Assembly: GCA_951406725.2 (NCBI GenBank) | Contig: OX597835.1 | Location: 6,634,001-6,698,000, forward strand | Length of the DNA: 64,000 nt | Reading direction: 5' to 3' | From: Octopus vulgaris | Taxonomy: Eukaryota | Notes under the pieces: generated by a model | Seen by the model: the letters and a program-made list of their open reading frames with translations, nothing else | Told to the model about the DNA's origin: nothing | Databases searched by the model: none | Shown here: positions 12,690 through 26,426 of the stretch, piece after piece | How the letters are laid out: each line of letters opens with the position of its first letter | Numbering within the stretch: position 1 is the stretch's first letter | Translations under genes and position numbers: made by a program

Positions 12690-13520
12690 CCATGCACATA
12701 TTCTCTCACGTTGTTTGTTATAAGTGCCTGATCTTGAGCTGCTCTCTGCTTCTTTTTCCAATTGCATTTTTTTTCAACCAAGCGCAGAATTTTACTCCAC
12801 ATACATCCTCAGTGGATTTTGAAAACTGACCATGCAAAAGTTTCTCATAAATCTTTTTAACAAGTTCTCTTCGAATTTCATTCTTGTCCCTTTCTTCTCT
12901 TCCACACTTGGTCATCTGTTCTTTAATCACCGCCTTTAGTAACCTTTTTTGCGCAGTTCTATAAATAATCTAGTAAGCTGTTTCGTTTCATCAGTTCACA
13001 CCCTTCCACAGCAATTAGGCCTCTTCCACCCCGGTCTCTCTTCAAGCACAACCACCGAATACCAGTTTTCGGATGGTGGGCTCCATACACAGTCAATAGC
13101 TTTCTACTTTTTCTGTTAAGTTTCTGTATGGCGATTTTTGTCCAATCTACAATTCCAATTCCTTGTCTGATTTCCAGAACTGCTCTCGCATTTATTGCTT
13201 CCATAGCGTCTTCTGAATTCAAAAGTATATTATTTTCTTCACTTTCTTCACTCTTGTATACTCCGTACCTGCAATTTTCTTCATCTCATACTTATTCCAT
13301 CTGCTACCAGTATTCTCAATTACTTATACTACTCTCCTTTCTCAACTGATTCCATTGTTTACCCATTTGGCATTCCAATTCCCTGGCTTCCTTCAATTCT
13401 CCGTTTTATTATCGATATAACCTATTTTTCAATCCCGAATTTCAGTCTTACATAATTTGAGAAAATGCGAACAATATGTACGTGACTTTCCAGCTGCTTC
13501 TAATTTTCTCCTTCTCCTTA
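12690..13520 (-). pseudogene. R4/Dong-clade non-LTR fragment (post-RT region)
   Basis: AINARAV..IRQGIGIVDWTK..IQKLNRKSRKLLTVYGAHHPK...KRDRGGRGLI; EKLLHGQF...WLKK; AAQDQALITN. Confidence 0.85.
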
Positions 13521-13664
13521 TTATTATTATATTATCTAAATAGTTCGGTAGACAGAGTCAACTGGAATAAATAGTTTGTTAAAAAACACGAAACACTGGT
13601 GATTCGATTTTGCTTCTGGACTAAATTAAATCTGAGAATCCCAAATTGTGGTAGCTCTCTCTCT

Positions 13665-14068
13665 CTCTTTTACTCTTTTACTCTTTTACTTGTTTCAGTC
13701 ATTTGACTGCGGCCATGCTGGAGCACCGCCTTTAATCGAGCAACTCGACCCCGGGACTTATTCCTTTGTAAGCCCAGTACTTATTCTATCGGTCTCTTTT
13801 GCCGAACCGCTAAGTAACGGGGACATAAACACACCAGCCTCGGTTGTCAAGCAATGCTAGGGGGACAAACACAGACACACACGCATATATATATACATAT
13901 GTACGACGGGCTTCTTTCAGTTTCCGTCTACCAAATCCACTCACAAGGCATTGGTCGGCCCGGGGCTATAGCAGATGACACACTTGCCCAAGATGCCACG
14001 CAGTGGGACTGAACCCGGAACCATGTGGTTGGTTAGCAAGCTACTTACCACACAGCCACTCCTGCGCC
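13665..14068 (-). mobile_element. SINE family A, full length
   Basis: Reverse complement of the family consensus seen in other copies. Confidence 0.93.
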
Positions 14069-14164
14069 TTTTTTTTCCCTGCTTTTTTTTTTGTGTGTGT
14101 GTGTGTGTGTGTGGGTTCTTTTGTAATTCGAGGAGGTTCGTGAAGAATCTGAATTAGGGAGAAA

Positions 14165-14273
14165 TGGTATTCCATCAGTTACGACGACAGGTGTCCTAGC
14201 TGATCCGATCGATCGAACTCACGATCCTACAATCGCGAGCCGAATACGCTAACTACTAGGCCACGCTTCCTCA
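14165..14273 (-). mobile_element. Internally deleted tRNA-SINE (head fused to a SINE C-type tail)
   Basis: Minus strand has a GTGGCCTAGTAGTTAG...GTGAGTTCGATC head joined directly to a GGATCAGCTAGG...GTCGTCGTAAC tail. Confidence 0.55.
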
Positions 14274-14289
14274 TCTGAATCAGAGAAAC

Positions 14290-14376
14290 ATAGAAACACA
14301 GCGCAATCGGATGGAGGATGCCCGAGATCCTAGAAGACACACACACAGACAGACAGAACGGATTTTATATAAGAGA
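14290..14376 (-). mobile_element. 5' fragment of a second Helitron-like non-autonomous family
   Basis: Minus strand A|TCTCTTATATAAAATCCGTTCTGTCTGTCTGTGTG has the same opening architecture as the 63101 element. Confidence 0.5.
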
Positions 14377-14599
14377 TGAGTGCTAGAGTACGGATCGAAT
14401 CGTTTTGACTAGAATTCTCCAATGCTGTGCTCCAGCATGGTAGCAATCTAACGACGGACACGAGCAAAAGCCATACTCAAAGATGGCGGCAATACAGCAA
14501 GTTTTTCTTCAACCTCCTCACTCACATTATTGCCTACGGTTTTGTGGCTTCCTCTCTCTGTCTCTCGGTCTCTCTGTCTCTGACTGTCTGTCTTCTGTC

Positions 14600-14615
14600 T
14601 GTCTCTCTCTCCTAC

Positions 14616-14687
<72 letters not shown>

Positions 14688-14834
14688 GTCTCCAAATGAA
14701 AGACGTTTATCCTATTTCAGAGACAGATTCCTTTCCCTGTGGTTTTTAACATTTTGCTTGTTTGTTTGTTGGTTTGTTTGCTTTCGCTGTCATTCCTGTT
14801 TAATAGAATGACGTTCTCTCTCTCTCTGTATCTG

Positions 14835-14865
<31 letters not shown>

Positions 14866-14896
14866 TTCTTTCTGTCTCTCTCTGTCTCTCTCTGTC

Positions 14897-14955
<59 letters not shown>

Positions 14956-15095
14956 GTCTCCAAATTCGTTTATCCTCCTTTCTTCAGATTCCTTTCCCTG
15001 TGGTTTTTAACATTTTGCTTCTTCGCTTCTTGTTTGTTCGTTTGTTTCCTTCTTTTGTTTGTTTGTTTTCTGTTATTCCTGTTTAATAGAATGAT
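14600..15095. repeat. Tandem duplication (about 270-bp period) containing (CT)n
   Basis: CCAGTCTCCAAA...CAGATTCCTTTCCCTGTGGTTTTTAACATTTTGCTT...TTCCTGTTTAATAGAATGA occurs twice. Confidence 0.85.
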
Positions 15096-15122
15096 GTACG
15101 TCTATCTTTTTTCTTTCTCCGT

Positions 15123-15210
<88 letters not shown>

Positions 15211-15352
15211 TCCTTCCTTCTTTCTTTCTGTCCCTCTTTCTTTTCTTTTTCTTTCTTTCTCTTTCCTGTCTTTCTGTCTTTCTGCCCCTTCAGACAATGT
15301 ACACACACATTATACACTATAATATATACATATATACAATGAACAATATAAT

Positions 15353-15384
<32 letters not shown>

Positions 15385-15485
15385 GTGCGCATATATATAT
15401 ATATATATGCATACACTAAATATACATGTGAATATATATGTATATACACACATAGATATATATCTCTATATATACATACACACAA

Positions 15486-15528
<43 letters not shown>

Positions 15529-15729
15529 TATACATCTATATATATATATATATACATACACACACACATATATATGCACATATACACTTATATATACATA
15601 TGTACATACGCATGTACATACATACATTGATATACGTACAGATACATGTACAGGCACATAGCCCTCCCACCACCACCACACACGCAAACAACAAGCAAAC
15701 ACATAAACACGACCATATACACACAATAT

Positions 15730-15768
<39 letters not shown>

Positions 15769-16265
15769 TGCGCACACTCACACAGGAGGTTGCTTCTTGC
15801 CCTAATCCCTGTCGTTTCTTCCAAGAATGAGGAAAACATCTGCTCACTGTAAAACTGCGACTACTAGTTATCATGAGGAGGTAGACTAACAATAATCGTG
15901 CGTGTATACTACACACACACACACACATGTATATATACACCGGCACTTATGTATATATATATATATATAATATATGATTCTCAGACGTATACATTCCTGC
16001 AGAGTATTCTTTTAGTCATACGCACATTCAAACACACATTCGCATCTCCAGTTCACATCTATTATTCACGAAGTGTATTACGGTCAAACACACATACACA
16101 TACAAACATGCACGTAAATATATACACACACCCGCATACGAGCACGCACACACACACACACACACTCACACAGACACACATATGCGTACGTATTTACACA
16201 ACCATTTTTACACAAAGATATATGTACATATATACACACACCTAGATACATTCAGACATGAATTG

Positions 16266-16318
<53 letters not shown>

Positions 16319-16357
16319 GTTATATATATAGGTATATATATATATATATATATATAT

Positions 16358-16704
16358 AAAAGGAAAATGAAGAAAATGCTGACAAAATAATTTAAGTAAG
16401 AGAGAGTGTATTTAATTAGACACAGTGAATGTATATGTTCATTTTTATTCCAGATGTTGTGCATTTGTTATGCTTATCAAAAGATATTTTTTAAACGGCA
16501 GAGATAGAGTTCCTTTCTGATAGATTTTTTTCTCTTGAGAAAAAAATCTATCGATAAATTCGAAAGGAACTCTATTCTCTCTTCAAAAAAAAAAAATATC
16601 TTTTGATAAGCATAACAAATGCACAACCGGTAAAAAGAACTTTCACCTAATTAAATACACTCTCTTACTTAAATTATTTTGTCAGCATTTTCTTCATTTC
16701 CTTT
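16358..16704. mobile_element. Long palindrome / foldback element with 2-nt central loop
   Basis: The two arms are reverse complements apart from indels; centre is GATAGATTTTTTTCTC-TT-GAGAAAAAAATCTATC (16519-16552). Confidence 0.85.
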
Positions 16705-16755
16705 GGGATAAAAGGTTTTTTATATATCACAACTCGTGTTCCACATCTCCTTTTT

Positions 16756-16797
<42 letters not shown>

Positions 16798-16800
<3 letters not shown>

Positions 16801-17006
16801 AGAATTCACAAAAAAAAGAACGCAAAATACGAAGACAGGTGGTGTAGACAACAAACAGATGTATTAGTATAACACTTGGAAAATGAAAAGGTCTTTAACA
16901 TTTCGAGCCTACGCTCTTCCACAGAAAGGAACACAGAAAGAAACAAGGAGAGAAAATAAAGAATTGTAGTGGCTAGCGATCTATCATGGCGAAGGCCGGA
17001 CAGAAG
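16798..17006 (-). mobile_element. (TA)n-anchored short element H1 with hammerhead-like motif
   Basis: Homologous to the 19085 and 51831 copies; minus strand CTGTGGA-A-GAGC/GTAG/GCTC-GAAA. Confidence 0.75.
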
Positions 17007-17509
17007 ATTATATTCCAAGATAAATTTATACACACACATAAACTCAAAAATATACATCTGCATCGGTAAGCAAATTTCGTTACCACCATTTAACTGGGTT
17101 CTATTTAATCGACGTGGCCCCTTCTCCACAAACTGCTGGCCTTGTGTCAAAAATGTAGAACCACTGTTTCTGAATTTAGCCAAGATATGAAGAATGAATG
17201 TCTGATAGGAAATGACAAAGAAATGATTTAAAAAAAAAATAAAAGTTGAATTCTGAGGCAAGAAGGACAAAAAACTTTTTTTGGTGTAAGCAGTAAAAGG
17301 GTCACCTGTCATGGCCTTGAGTCCCGCGGATGTCTTAACAACCACAAGGAATGAGAGAAGAAAATAATTTTGGCAAGTTCGGAGAAGGGAGAAATCGATT
17401 ACATCGACCCCACTGCTAAAATGGTACTTATTTTATCGACCCCGAAAGGGTGAAAGGCAAAGCTGACATCGGAAGAAAATAATAACAATAAAAAACAGCA
17501 AGAAACTAG

Positions 17510-17850
17510 CTTGTCGTCCTCATTCATGTTTATTTTCCAAAATGTCCTCATTTCCATTTCTTTCAACATATCACCCCCACTTTCATCTCTTTCAAAATGT
17601 TGCTCCTATTCTCGTTTCTCTCAACGTGTCACCCTTATTCTCATTGACTTCAAAATGTTGCTCATATTTTCGTTTGTCTCAGTGTGTCATCCTTATTCTC
17701 ATTGACTTCAAAATGTCCAATCTCATGTTTGTCTCAACAAGACCCCGTTGTCATTTCTTTCAACGTATCGACCCAGTTCTCATTCGCCTCAACGTGTCGT
17801 CCTTTTAAACTTGTTTGTCTCTCAAAAGCGCGTCCCCATTCTCAAGATAG
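17510..17850. repeat. Degenerate about 29-bp minisatellite with 58-bp higher-order repeat
   Basis: TTCAAAATGTTGCTC...CCTTATTCTCATTGAC repeated at a 58-bp period. Confidence 0.75.
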
Positions 17851-18195
17851 AAATCCTTACGTATTTCCATCTCTCACTATGACACAATTTCTCAAAGACA
17901 TTGTTTATATTATAATTCACACCGAACTGGTGCTGTGATTCCCCTCTGTTCTCCACACAAGAATTACCGAAATGTACCAAGGGACAGGGTTGGGTGTTCT
18001 CTCTCTCTCTCTTTCTCTCTCTCTCCCTCTCTCTCTCCTCCACATACCTATCTATTCAAACGATGCCACTTGGGATGTATACACACAAATTCCTATATAT
18101 ACCCACCTGCTTAAATACATGCATGCACACAAACATACATAGATACATAGATATATACATACTTACACAGAAGGACGCAGACATATGTATATATA

Positions 18196-18257
<62 letters not shown>

Positions 18258-18429
18258 TGTACGCATATACATGTGCATGTATGTATATATATATATATAT
18301 ATGTGTGTGTATATACACAGACAGGCACACATATAAATAAATACTTGCATTATATGTATACATGTATTACACACACATACACACACACACACGCTCACAC
18401 GCACACACACACATGCACATATATAAAAA

Positions 18430-18767
18430 GGTCGGGGAGCTGGCAGAAACGTTAGCACGCCGGGCGAAATGCGTAGTCGTATTTCGTCTGCCGTTACGTT
18501 CTGAGTTCAAATTCCGCCGAGGTCGACTTTGCCTTTCATCCTTTCGGGGTCGATTAAATAAGTACCAGTTACACACTGGGGTCGATATAACCGTCTTAAT
18601 CCGTTTGTCTGTCCTTGTTTGTCCTCTCTGTGTTTAGCCCCTTGTGGGTAGTAAAGAAATAGGTATTTCATCTGCCGTTACGTTCTGAGTTCAAAATCTA
18701 CCGAGGTCGACTTTGCCTTTCATCCTTTCGGGGTCGATTAAATAAGTACCAGTTACACACTGGGGTC
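18430..18767 (+). mobile_element. SINE family B, full length plus tandem internal duplication
   Basis: GAGCTGGCAGAAACGTTAG head; tail ends about 18660; body restarts at 18662-18767. Confidence 0.9.
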
Positions 18768-19026
18768 ATCAGTATCAAGAATTCTCGATCGGCACTTTTC
18801 AGACGATCACGTTTTCTGTTAGTGTATATGTTTTCATTCAGGTGCGTTAACTACAGCATAAGAGTGGTTTAGCTCTTATTTCTAGCGGTACTCCAGCATA
18901 GCCACAGTCAAATGGCTGAAACAAGTAAAAGAATAAAAGATTATATACATACATACGTACATACATAATACATACATATACACACACATATATATTCATA
19001 CACATATATACATACGTATATATATA

Positions 19027-19084
<58 letters not shown>

Positions 19085-19087
<3 letters not shown>

Positions 19088-19285
19088 AGAGTTTACGAAA
19101 AAATCAAAAGACGAAGACAGGTGGTATACAAAACAAACAAATGTATTAGTATAACGCTCAGGAATACAAAAAGTCTTTTACGTTTCGAGCCTACGCTCTT
19201 CAACAGAAAGGGACACAGAAAAAACAAGGAGAGAAACAAGGAGAGAAAAAAATGTGTGTAGTGGCTAACGATCTATCATGGCGTC
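19085..19285 (-). mobile_element. (TA)n-embedded short element H1
   Basis: TA-rich tracts on both sides; minus strand CTGTTGA-A-GAGC/GTAG/GCTC-GAAACG...GCGTT (19152-19206). Confidence 0.75.
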
Positions 19286-19304
19286 TATATATATATACAT
19301 ACAT

Positions 19305-19335
<31 letters not shown>

Positions 19336-19758
19336 CACACTGACATATCTTTGCTTTTTATGCAAAAGTGTCATAAGTCCAAAACGTTGCTTTTTCAGAA
19401 AACGAAAAGTTTAGTTTCACCGTTCCATTTCTTTTTACCTTAGCAACAGTTTCAGCTTAACAATGATACTTTGTTGAATTCATAAAATCGTAACTCCAAG
19501 AATGTATGATATTTTCAGTCAGAAATAATTTTTGCAAACCTGTCGTATGTGCGGCTTACAACATTTTTGAAAAATGCTAAACCGTCGTACTGGACTTTGA
19601 CAATTTTTTTATATGTCGGCGTCTGAAGCAGCTGGAGACCCGATAGTTTGACCAAAAGAAGTAAAATTAAAAACTGAAAATAAGAATAAACGCATTTGTT
19701 TAAATTTGGACATACGACAGTTTAACATAAATTCTAACGATATGTGCGTATGTGTGTG

Positions 19759-19790
<32 letters not shown>

Positions 19791-19862
19791 TGTATGTATG
19801 TATATATACAAATATATAAATATTGACATCTTTATATATACATATGTATATGTATATGTATA

Positions 19863-19918
<56 letters not shown>

Positions 19919-20121
19919 TATATACATATATATATATACGTATGTATTAATATGTATATATACATACATATATATATGCATACATACATATGTATATACA
20001 CACATATATGTATAAACACAGACATATTTATATATTAAGAAACTTTATCCAGCCATGTGGTGTTGAGCACTGATTCTCATTGTTCGACATTTACGTATGC
20101 ATACATACATATATATATCTG

Positions 20122-20314
<193 letters not shown>

Positions 20315-20680
20315 CATACATATACTCAAATACATACACATATTTACATATGTGCATTTATTTATAAAAGTGTATTAGGTAACGCACCAAAGGGAATATC
20401 AAATATATTTCAGAGGCTGTTTTTGGCCCCGTTCGAAAGCCCTTTGTTTTGGGTGTTGTTATTCGTTCGAATAAACATGTTAGGTCCAGCAACGAAAGGG
20501 TTGCAATTGCGACTTAATCTATTTTTCTTTTATAAGCTTTTGCTTCGGTTAAAAGCATAAATTTTCTCTCTTAGTCAGATTGTGTATCTCGCAGACAGCC
20601 TGGATAATAAATCAGCCGTTTGCGAAGAAGCGAGGATTACTGTAAAAGGGAAATATATATAACTCGTCAGAAATGTTGAA

Positions 20681-21035
20681 AGGCGCAATAATATACCGAT
20701 TTATAACGTAATAGAGATTGTAGAAAAGAGGGAAAGATAGATTGATAGATAGACTGATTCGTAGACAGACAAGCAGATGGTTAGTTGGATAGATGTATAA
20801 ATAGATAAATAGATAGAGAAACTATTTCAGGTCATTGCCTGTTACATTGAACACTCCAGGCGCTATAATATACCGATTTATAAAGTAATTGAGATTGTAG
20901 AAAAGAGGGAAAGATAGATTAATAGATAGACTGATTCGTAGACAGACAAACAGATGGTCAGTTGGATAGATGGATAGATAGATAGATAGATAGGGAAACT
21001 ATTTCAGGTCATTGCCTGTTACATTGAACTCTCCA
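20681..21035. repeat. Direct tandem duplication, 177-bp period
   Basis: Units begin AGGCGC(A/T)ATAATATACCG at 20681 and 20858. Confidence 0.92.
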
Positions 21036-21449
21036 AAAGTCATACAGGGAATCATATACGGGAGTGTAAGAGCTGTTTTGATTAACAGAAGGTTCTTTAA
21101 CAATATTTAATATGGCAACGATCATAGGAGAAATTATCTGATACACCTATAACATCAACACGATTAAATTCTGAAGATCAAAGAATTTTATCCAGATCAA
21201 AACATCGAAAACTCTGAATAGTTTGTGATTTCAAACAGGACTGTATTTTATTTTTGTTCTTTTCCTTTGGTTTTGGGGGTTCCCCCCTCATTTTTATTGG
21301 GTGATGCAGATGAATCCGAGTCTGTGGAATCGGGTTGCGAATCTATGCATGTAGTTGAGTTTTGATGAGACGGAGAGAGGAAGGCGTGGGAGAGCTTCGT
21401 TGGGAGAAACGCTGGGTGTTGTGTGTGACCGTTATTATTATCGTTTCTA

Positions 21450-22493
21450 CTATCTAAGGTGGTGGTCGTGCATCTGCTGTTGGTGTGGTTGTTGTTGCTG
21501 GTGTTGGTGAGCCTCCACTATTTGCTGCTTTTGCTGTTCCTGTTGTCGATGATGCCATTTTACCAGAGTTGATGCCGCTTTTGTTATTGTTTGTAGCTGG
21601 TTTAGTTGTTGAGGCTTTTGGGTACTTGGTGTTGGGAGTAAGCGGGTTCTATGGCTTCCTGTCTTCAGTTGGGGACATGAAGCTCTTAAGTGGTCTATTT
21701 CCTCACACTGGCGGCACCGTGGGTTTCTATCCTGAACCATAACATGCAGCTCTTCTCCTCCGGGAAGGCGAATGAAGTCTGAAGTCTTATGGTTCGTGTC
21801 CAGTTTAATATGGAATAGCACTGATCCTTGACCAATTTTCACGACGGATCCACTTCACCTCTACGAAGTTGTTACTCCCTTCTTAAACGATACAGGCTAA
21901 AATCCACCATAAATTTACTTTCGGTGAAATTCCTAAGATCGTTATGCGCACTATCCTTCTTCCTAAATACGATGGGTAGACCACATACTTTTCGCTCCGA
22001 CAGGGGAGCACGAAATGTTTGGTGGCCAGAGCAGTGGAACGTCTGCAATCTGTTTTTACCCCGAGACATGCTGAATATCGGACATAATCTCTTTCAGTGT
22101 ACCTTCCACATCAGCCTGACGAGCTGTCTCCGGCCGCTTTGTATTTATGGAAACATTTATAAACTACGGTTGTTTTCTGTGTTTCCGCCACACAGGACAA
22201 TGTCCGTCCGCGCTTTTCCAGCCGTATCAGTTTGCCGCTTGGGCCAGGCGTATATCCTTATATAGGCTATCCATCCTGTACAGCCCTGTGCCTTTTGTAG
22301 CCATCGCTGCGAATGTATTGTTGTTGATGTTTGGAAATAGTAATGCTGTTTAAGTTGACGAGGTTTTTGGCTTTTTCCTCTATCAAAATTGTTGTTGTTG
22401 TTGCAGTGGTGGTGGTGGGGGTTGTTGTAGTAGCCGTGCTCGTTGTCTTATTGTTGCTGCTGTTGTTGTTGAGTGTAGCGATCTTCGTCCCAT
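21450..22493 (-). pseudogene. L1/Tx1-clade ORF1 (gag-like) relic
   Basis: CX2CX4HX4C zinc knuckle CRQCEEIDHLRASC; upstream TFAAMA and YLGRRIVRITILGISP segments; low-complexity ends; stops and frameshifts. Confidence 0.7.
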
Positions 22494-22637
22494 TAGTGGG
22501 AGTAGTCCGAAACGTGGTCCTTTGCTATTCGTAAGACCCGCAGAAGAGAAAGCAGGCCAAACCCCCGACACCGAGCGCATCGACGGATGGATGAATGCGC
22601 ATCCAGGTTCAGCGGTTGCGTAGGAAGTCGGGGACAG

Positions 22638-22832
22638 GAAACAGGAAGAAAGAGTGAGAGAAAGTTGGGGACGAAAGAGTACAACAGGGGTCACCACCCC
22701 ACCCTGCCGGAGCCTCGTGGAGCTTTAGGTGTTTTCGCTCAATAAACACACACAACGCCCGGTCTGGGAATCGAAACCGCGACCCTCCGACCGCGAGTCC
22801 GCTGCCCTAACCATTGGGCCATTGCGCCTCCA
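22638..22832 (-). mobile_element. tRNA-derived head and body shared with SINE C, fused to the ORF1 leader
   Basis: Closely similar to 918-1103, but continues into different sequence that leads to the ATG at 22493. Confidence 0.85.
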
Positions 22833-23296
22833 GCTGTTGATGTCTTTGGCATCGCGGGGAAATCAACTTCTTGTAATTAGAATTAAATTCCCGTGCTGTG
22901 TTGTTGTTGTTGTTGTTGCTGTTGCTCCTGTTGTTTGTTGTCATAGTGGTCGTGTGGTCCACTATACTTTGAGCTTGGCAAGAGCTCACCTCCCCTTCTG
23001 TTTGAGGGGGAGAAGCTGGAGGGCTCTGACAGTCTTACAGCTCACTATCAGAGCTACCTCTTACTTCTTCCTCCTCCATGTTACTTAGCAGGGCGGATGT
23101 CGCTGTGTTTGTTTTAATAATTATTTTTTCCAAAACAAATTGAATATTTTCTTTTCGGATTTGAACCCCTAAGGGGATACAAACAGACGCGTCAACCAGA
23201 CTTATGCAACGGCGGTGGTTTCGACAAACATTTTAAAATAAAATAAACAACAATGTTTGGAAACAAAAAATTAAAACGAACAAGACACACGTACGG

Positions 23297-23333
<37 letters not shown>

Positions 23334-23352
23334 TAATAATAATAATAATAAT

Positions 23353-23847
23353 GTTATCATGTACATTGTTTTGTCTTGGTGTAAAAGATGGGCTACAGCA
23401 AATATTCTGCTCAATACCACAGATTTGCTTGTCAGTTGTTTGACCTTAACCAGTTGAGCATGTCCCTTAGTGGCTGACGATATGTGCATCTCTGATCACG
23501 AGCAGAAGTAGTGGGGGAGCATCATAGCCATGTGTTGAGAGGGATTCTTTGGAGTTTGAATAATTCACCTCTGGAAACATGGGTGTTTCGTTCAACATCC
23601 TAAAGCAACCCTTATTCAGGGACCTTTTGAGCAGGATGGGCTACTCGACCTGAAGAAAATTCTAACTGGGCCTCACCTGCAAGGTCATGCACTGTTTATC
23701 TTGATATGAGATCACCATGTCGCGCACATATGGTTGTGATGCATGTGCCTGGTGTACCCTTATCAGACGGGTAATAATGATGGGTATACTGGGCTTTGTA
23801 TATTTTACCCCAGTGTCACTTTGATGGCATGCACTGCTCTCTCACTC
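23353..23847 (+). mobile_element. Family E: non-coding element embedded in (AAT)n
   Basis: Near-identical reverse-complement copy at 45203-45720; (AAT)n on both sides; strand is assumed. Confidence 0.85.
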
Positions 23848-23870
23848 AATAATAATAATAATAATAATAA

Positions 23871-23997
23871 AACACATATAACATACAGAAAATTGCACTA
23901 CTAGGCACTGCACACATCCTACGCAGAACACTTTCCAAGGCACACAGAGCTGCGCTCGGTAGTGAAGTGAAAGCACGCTATAAAAATAAAACTACTG
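23871..23997 (+). mobile_element. Dong/R4 3' end (internally deleted) in (AAT)n
   Basis: YNIQKIALLGTAHILRRTL plus a 3' UTR ending AAAACTACTG(AAT)n. Confidence 0.85.
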
Positions 23998-24020
23998 AAT
24001 AATAATAATAATAATAATAA

Positions 24021-24151
24021 ATGCCCTGATGCAGTACCAAGCAGTGGCTCTCATGGCTTCTGATCTTAACTGATTGGAAGAGTTATCATGTACATTGTTT
24101 TGTCTTGGTATTAAAGATGAGCTACAGCAAATATTTTGCTCATTACCACAG

Positions 24152-24152
<1 letters not shown>
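24021..24152 (+). mobile_element. Family E, 5' segment in (AAT)n
   Basis: Overlaps the start of the 23353 copy and extends it about 60 bp upstream. Confidence 0.8.
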
Positions 24153-24197
<45 letters not shown>

Positions 24198-24430
24198 GAT
24201 AGTGATCATGGGAACTGCTCATATCCTACGCAAATACTCTCTATGTAATCCCAAGGTTTAAAACACACTTTTTTGAATGTATTAGACATTCACTTGTACA
24301 ACACCGAAAAAACCCAAATATATGGCATACTAGGCATAACAACAACGTGAACTTCCAACCTGTTGTCTCTTGAGGTCTCTGGGTGAAACTTGGAGCCAAC
24401 TTGTACAAACATAAAGCAAAAGTCAAACAT
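24198..24430 (+). mobile_element. 3' end of a second Dong/R4 family in (AAT)n
   Basis: IVIMGTAHILRK followed by a different 3' UTR, then (AAT)n. Confidence 0.7.
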
Positions 24431-24836
24431 ATAATAATAATAATAATAATAATTTCTTTTATTTGCCACCAGGGTGAAATAATAATGACAACAACAACAA
24501 ATATTTCAGCCTTTAATGAATTTGAAGAAAAGACTCCAAACGTTTACATTGATATTTCTTCAGAAATTTTCGCGTATGAACACGCTAATTATACATATAG
24601 ATGAAGTTTTTGAGCATGGGAGTTCAGTATATGAATGTGTGACTCAAGTTCTATATGATTTTCAACAATCAATCAAATTTCGATATCTAATTATGTTTCC
24701 ATGTGTCATCAAATGAATTTTTTTCTTATGTAACGTCGCATGCTCCTTCCCACTTCAGTCATTTGAATAACCGCTAACGCGAAACTGAGACATGGAGACC
24801 AGAAACCATACACATATTCACACACATACCACACAT

Positions 24837-24871
<35 letters not shown>

Positions 24872-24875
24872 CATG

Positions 24876-24932
<57 letters not shown>

Positions 24933-24972
24933 GTATATACATATACGCACATATACACACACACACACACAC

Positions 24973-25018
<46 letters not shown>

Positions 25019-25027
25019 ATGTATTCG

Positions 25028-25382
<355 letters not shown>

Positions 25383-25869
25383 GAGATGAATGACTATAAC
25401 TAGCTATCGTTACAGACAAGGCTGGCCACCCACATGGACAGATACAATATTTAGAAACGGAACGAACAGTCTGAAAAATAAAATTACAAGCCCCAAAAAA
25501 AAAAACAGAAAAAAAAGAAAAGAAAACTAAAAATAATTGTAAAAGTAAAATGTAAAGTTTTGAAAGTTAAAAACTGAAATGAATTGAAACGGGTGTCAGG
25601 TAGAGTGTTTGGATGGGTGGAACCATGGAACTAAATATAAATTGTAAAAGAGCTGGAAAGATAAAAACGGCGGGGGGGGGGGGGGGAAATAAAGCGAAAG
25701 AAAAAAAAAAGTGAAGTAAAAATTAAGGTAACTACAGAAAATTTGACGAAAGATATCTAATATAAAAAAGAAGAAACACTTCTTTTTTTGAGTCTGTCTG
25801 TCTGTCTACCCATGTCTTTGTCTTTCAACACATAGAGCCACACACACACTAACCCCCCGTATATGTATA

Positions 25870-25927
<58 letters not shown>

Positions 25928-26381
25928 TATATATGCATATGTATGCATGTATCTATCTATATGTATATATATATATGTGTATATAAATATATATATATAT
26001 ATGCATATATATGTATTTATATATATGTATATATATGTATCTATGTATGTATATACACACTTATGTATGTACGATGTATGTACATATGTAGGAAGGTAGG
26101 TTGTATAGAGAAATTATGTGCGTGTATACATTCACACGCGCATACATGCACGCATCCATATATACATATAAATTTATCTATGTGCGAAATGTGTATATGC
26201 ATATATATATATATATATATACACACACATATATATATGTATATATATATATACATACATATATATTCATATATATATATATACATATGTGCGTGTATAT
26301 GTGTGTATGTGCGTATATTTCACACATACATAAAATCATATATGTATATATACTTACATACCTATGTATTAAGTTACATAC

Positions 26382-26426
<45 letters not shown>

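Noticed and set aside
23297-24475. Repeat-spacer alternation superficially like a CRISPR array
   Set aside because: The repeats are variable-length microsatellites, the spacers are TE fragments, the context is eukaryotic and there are no cas genes
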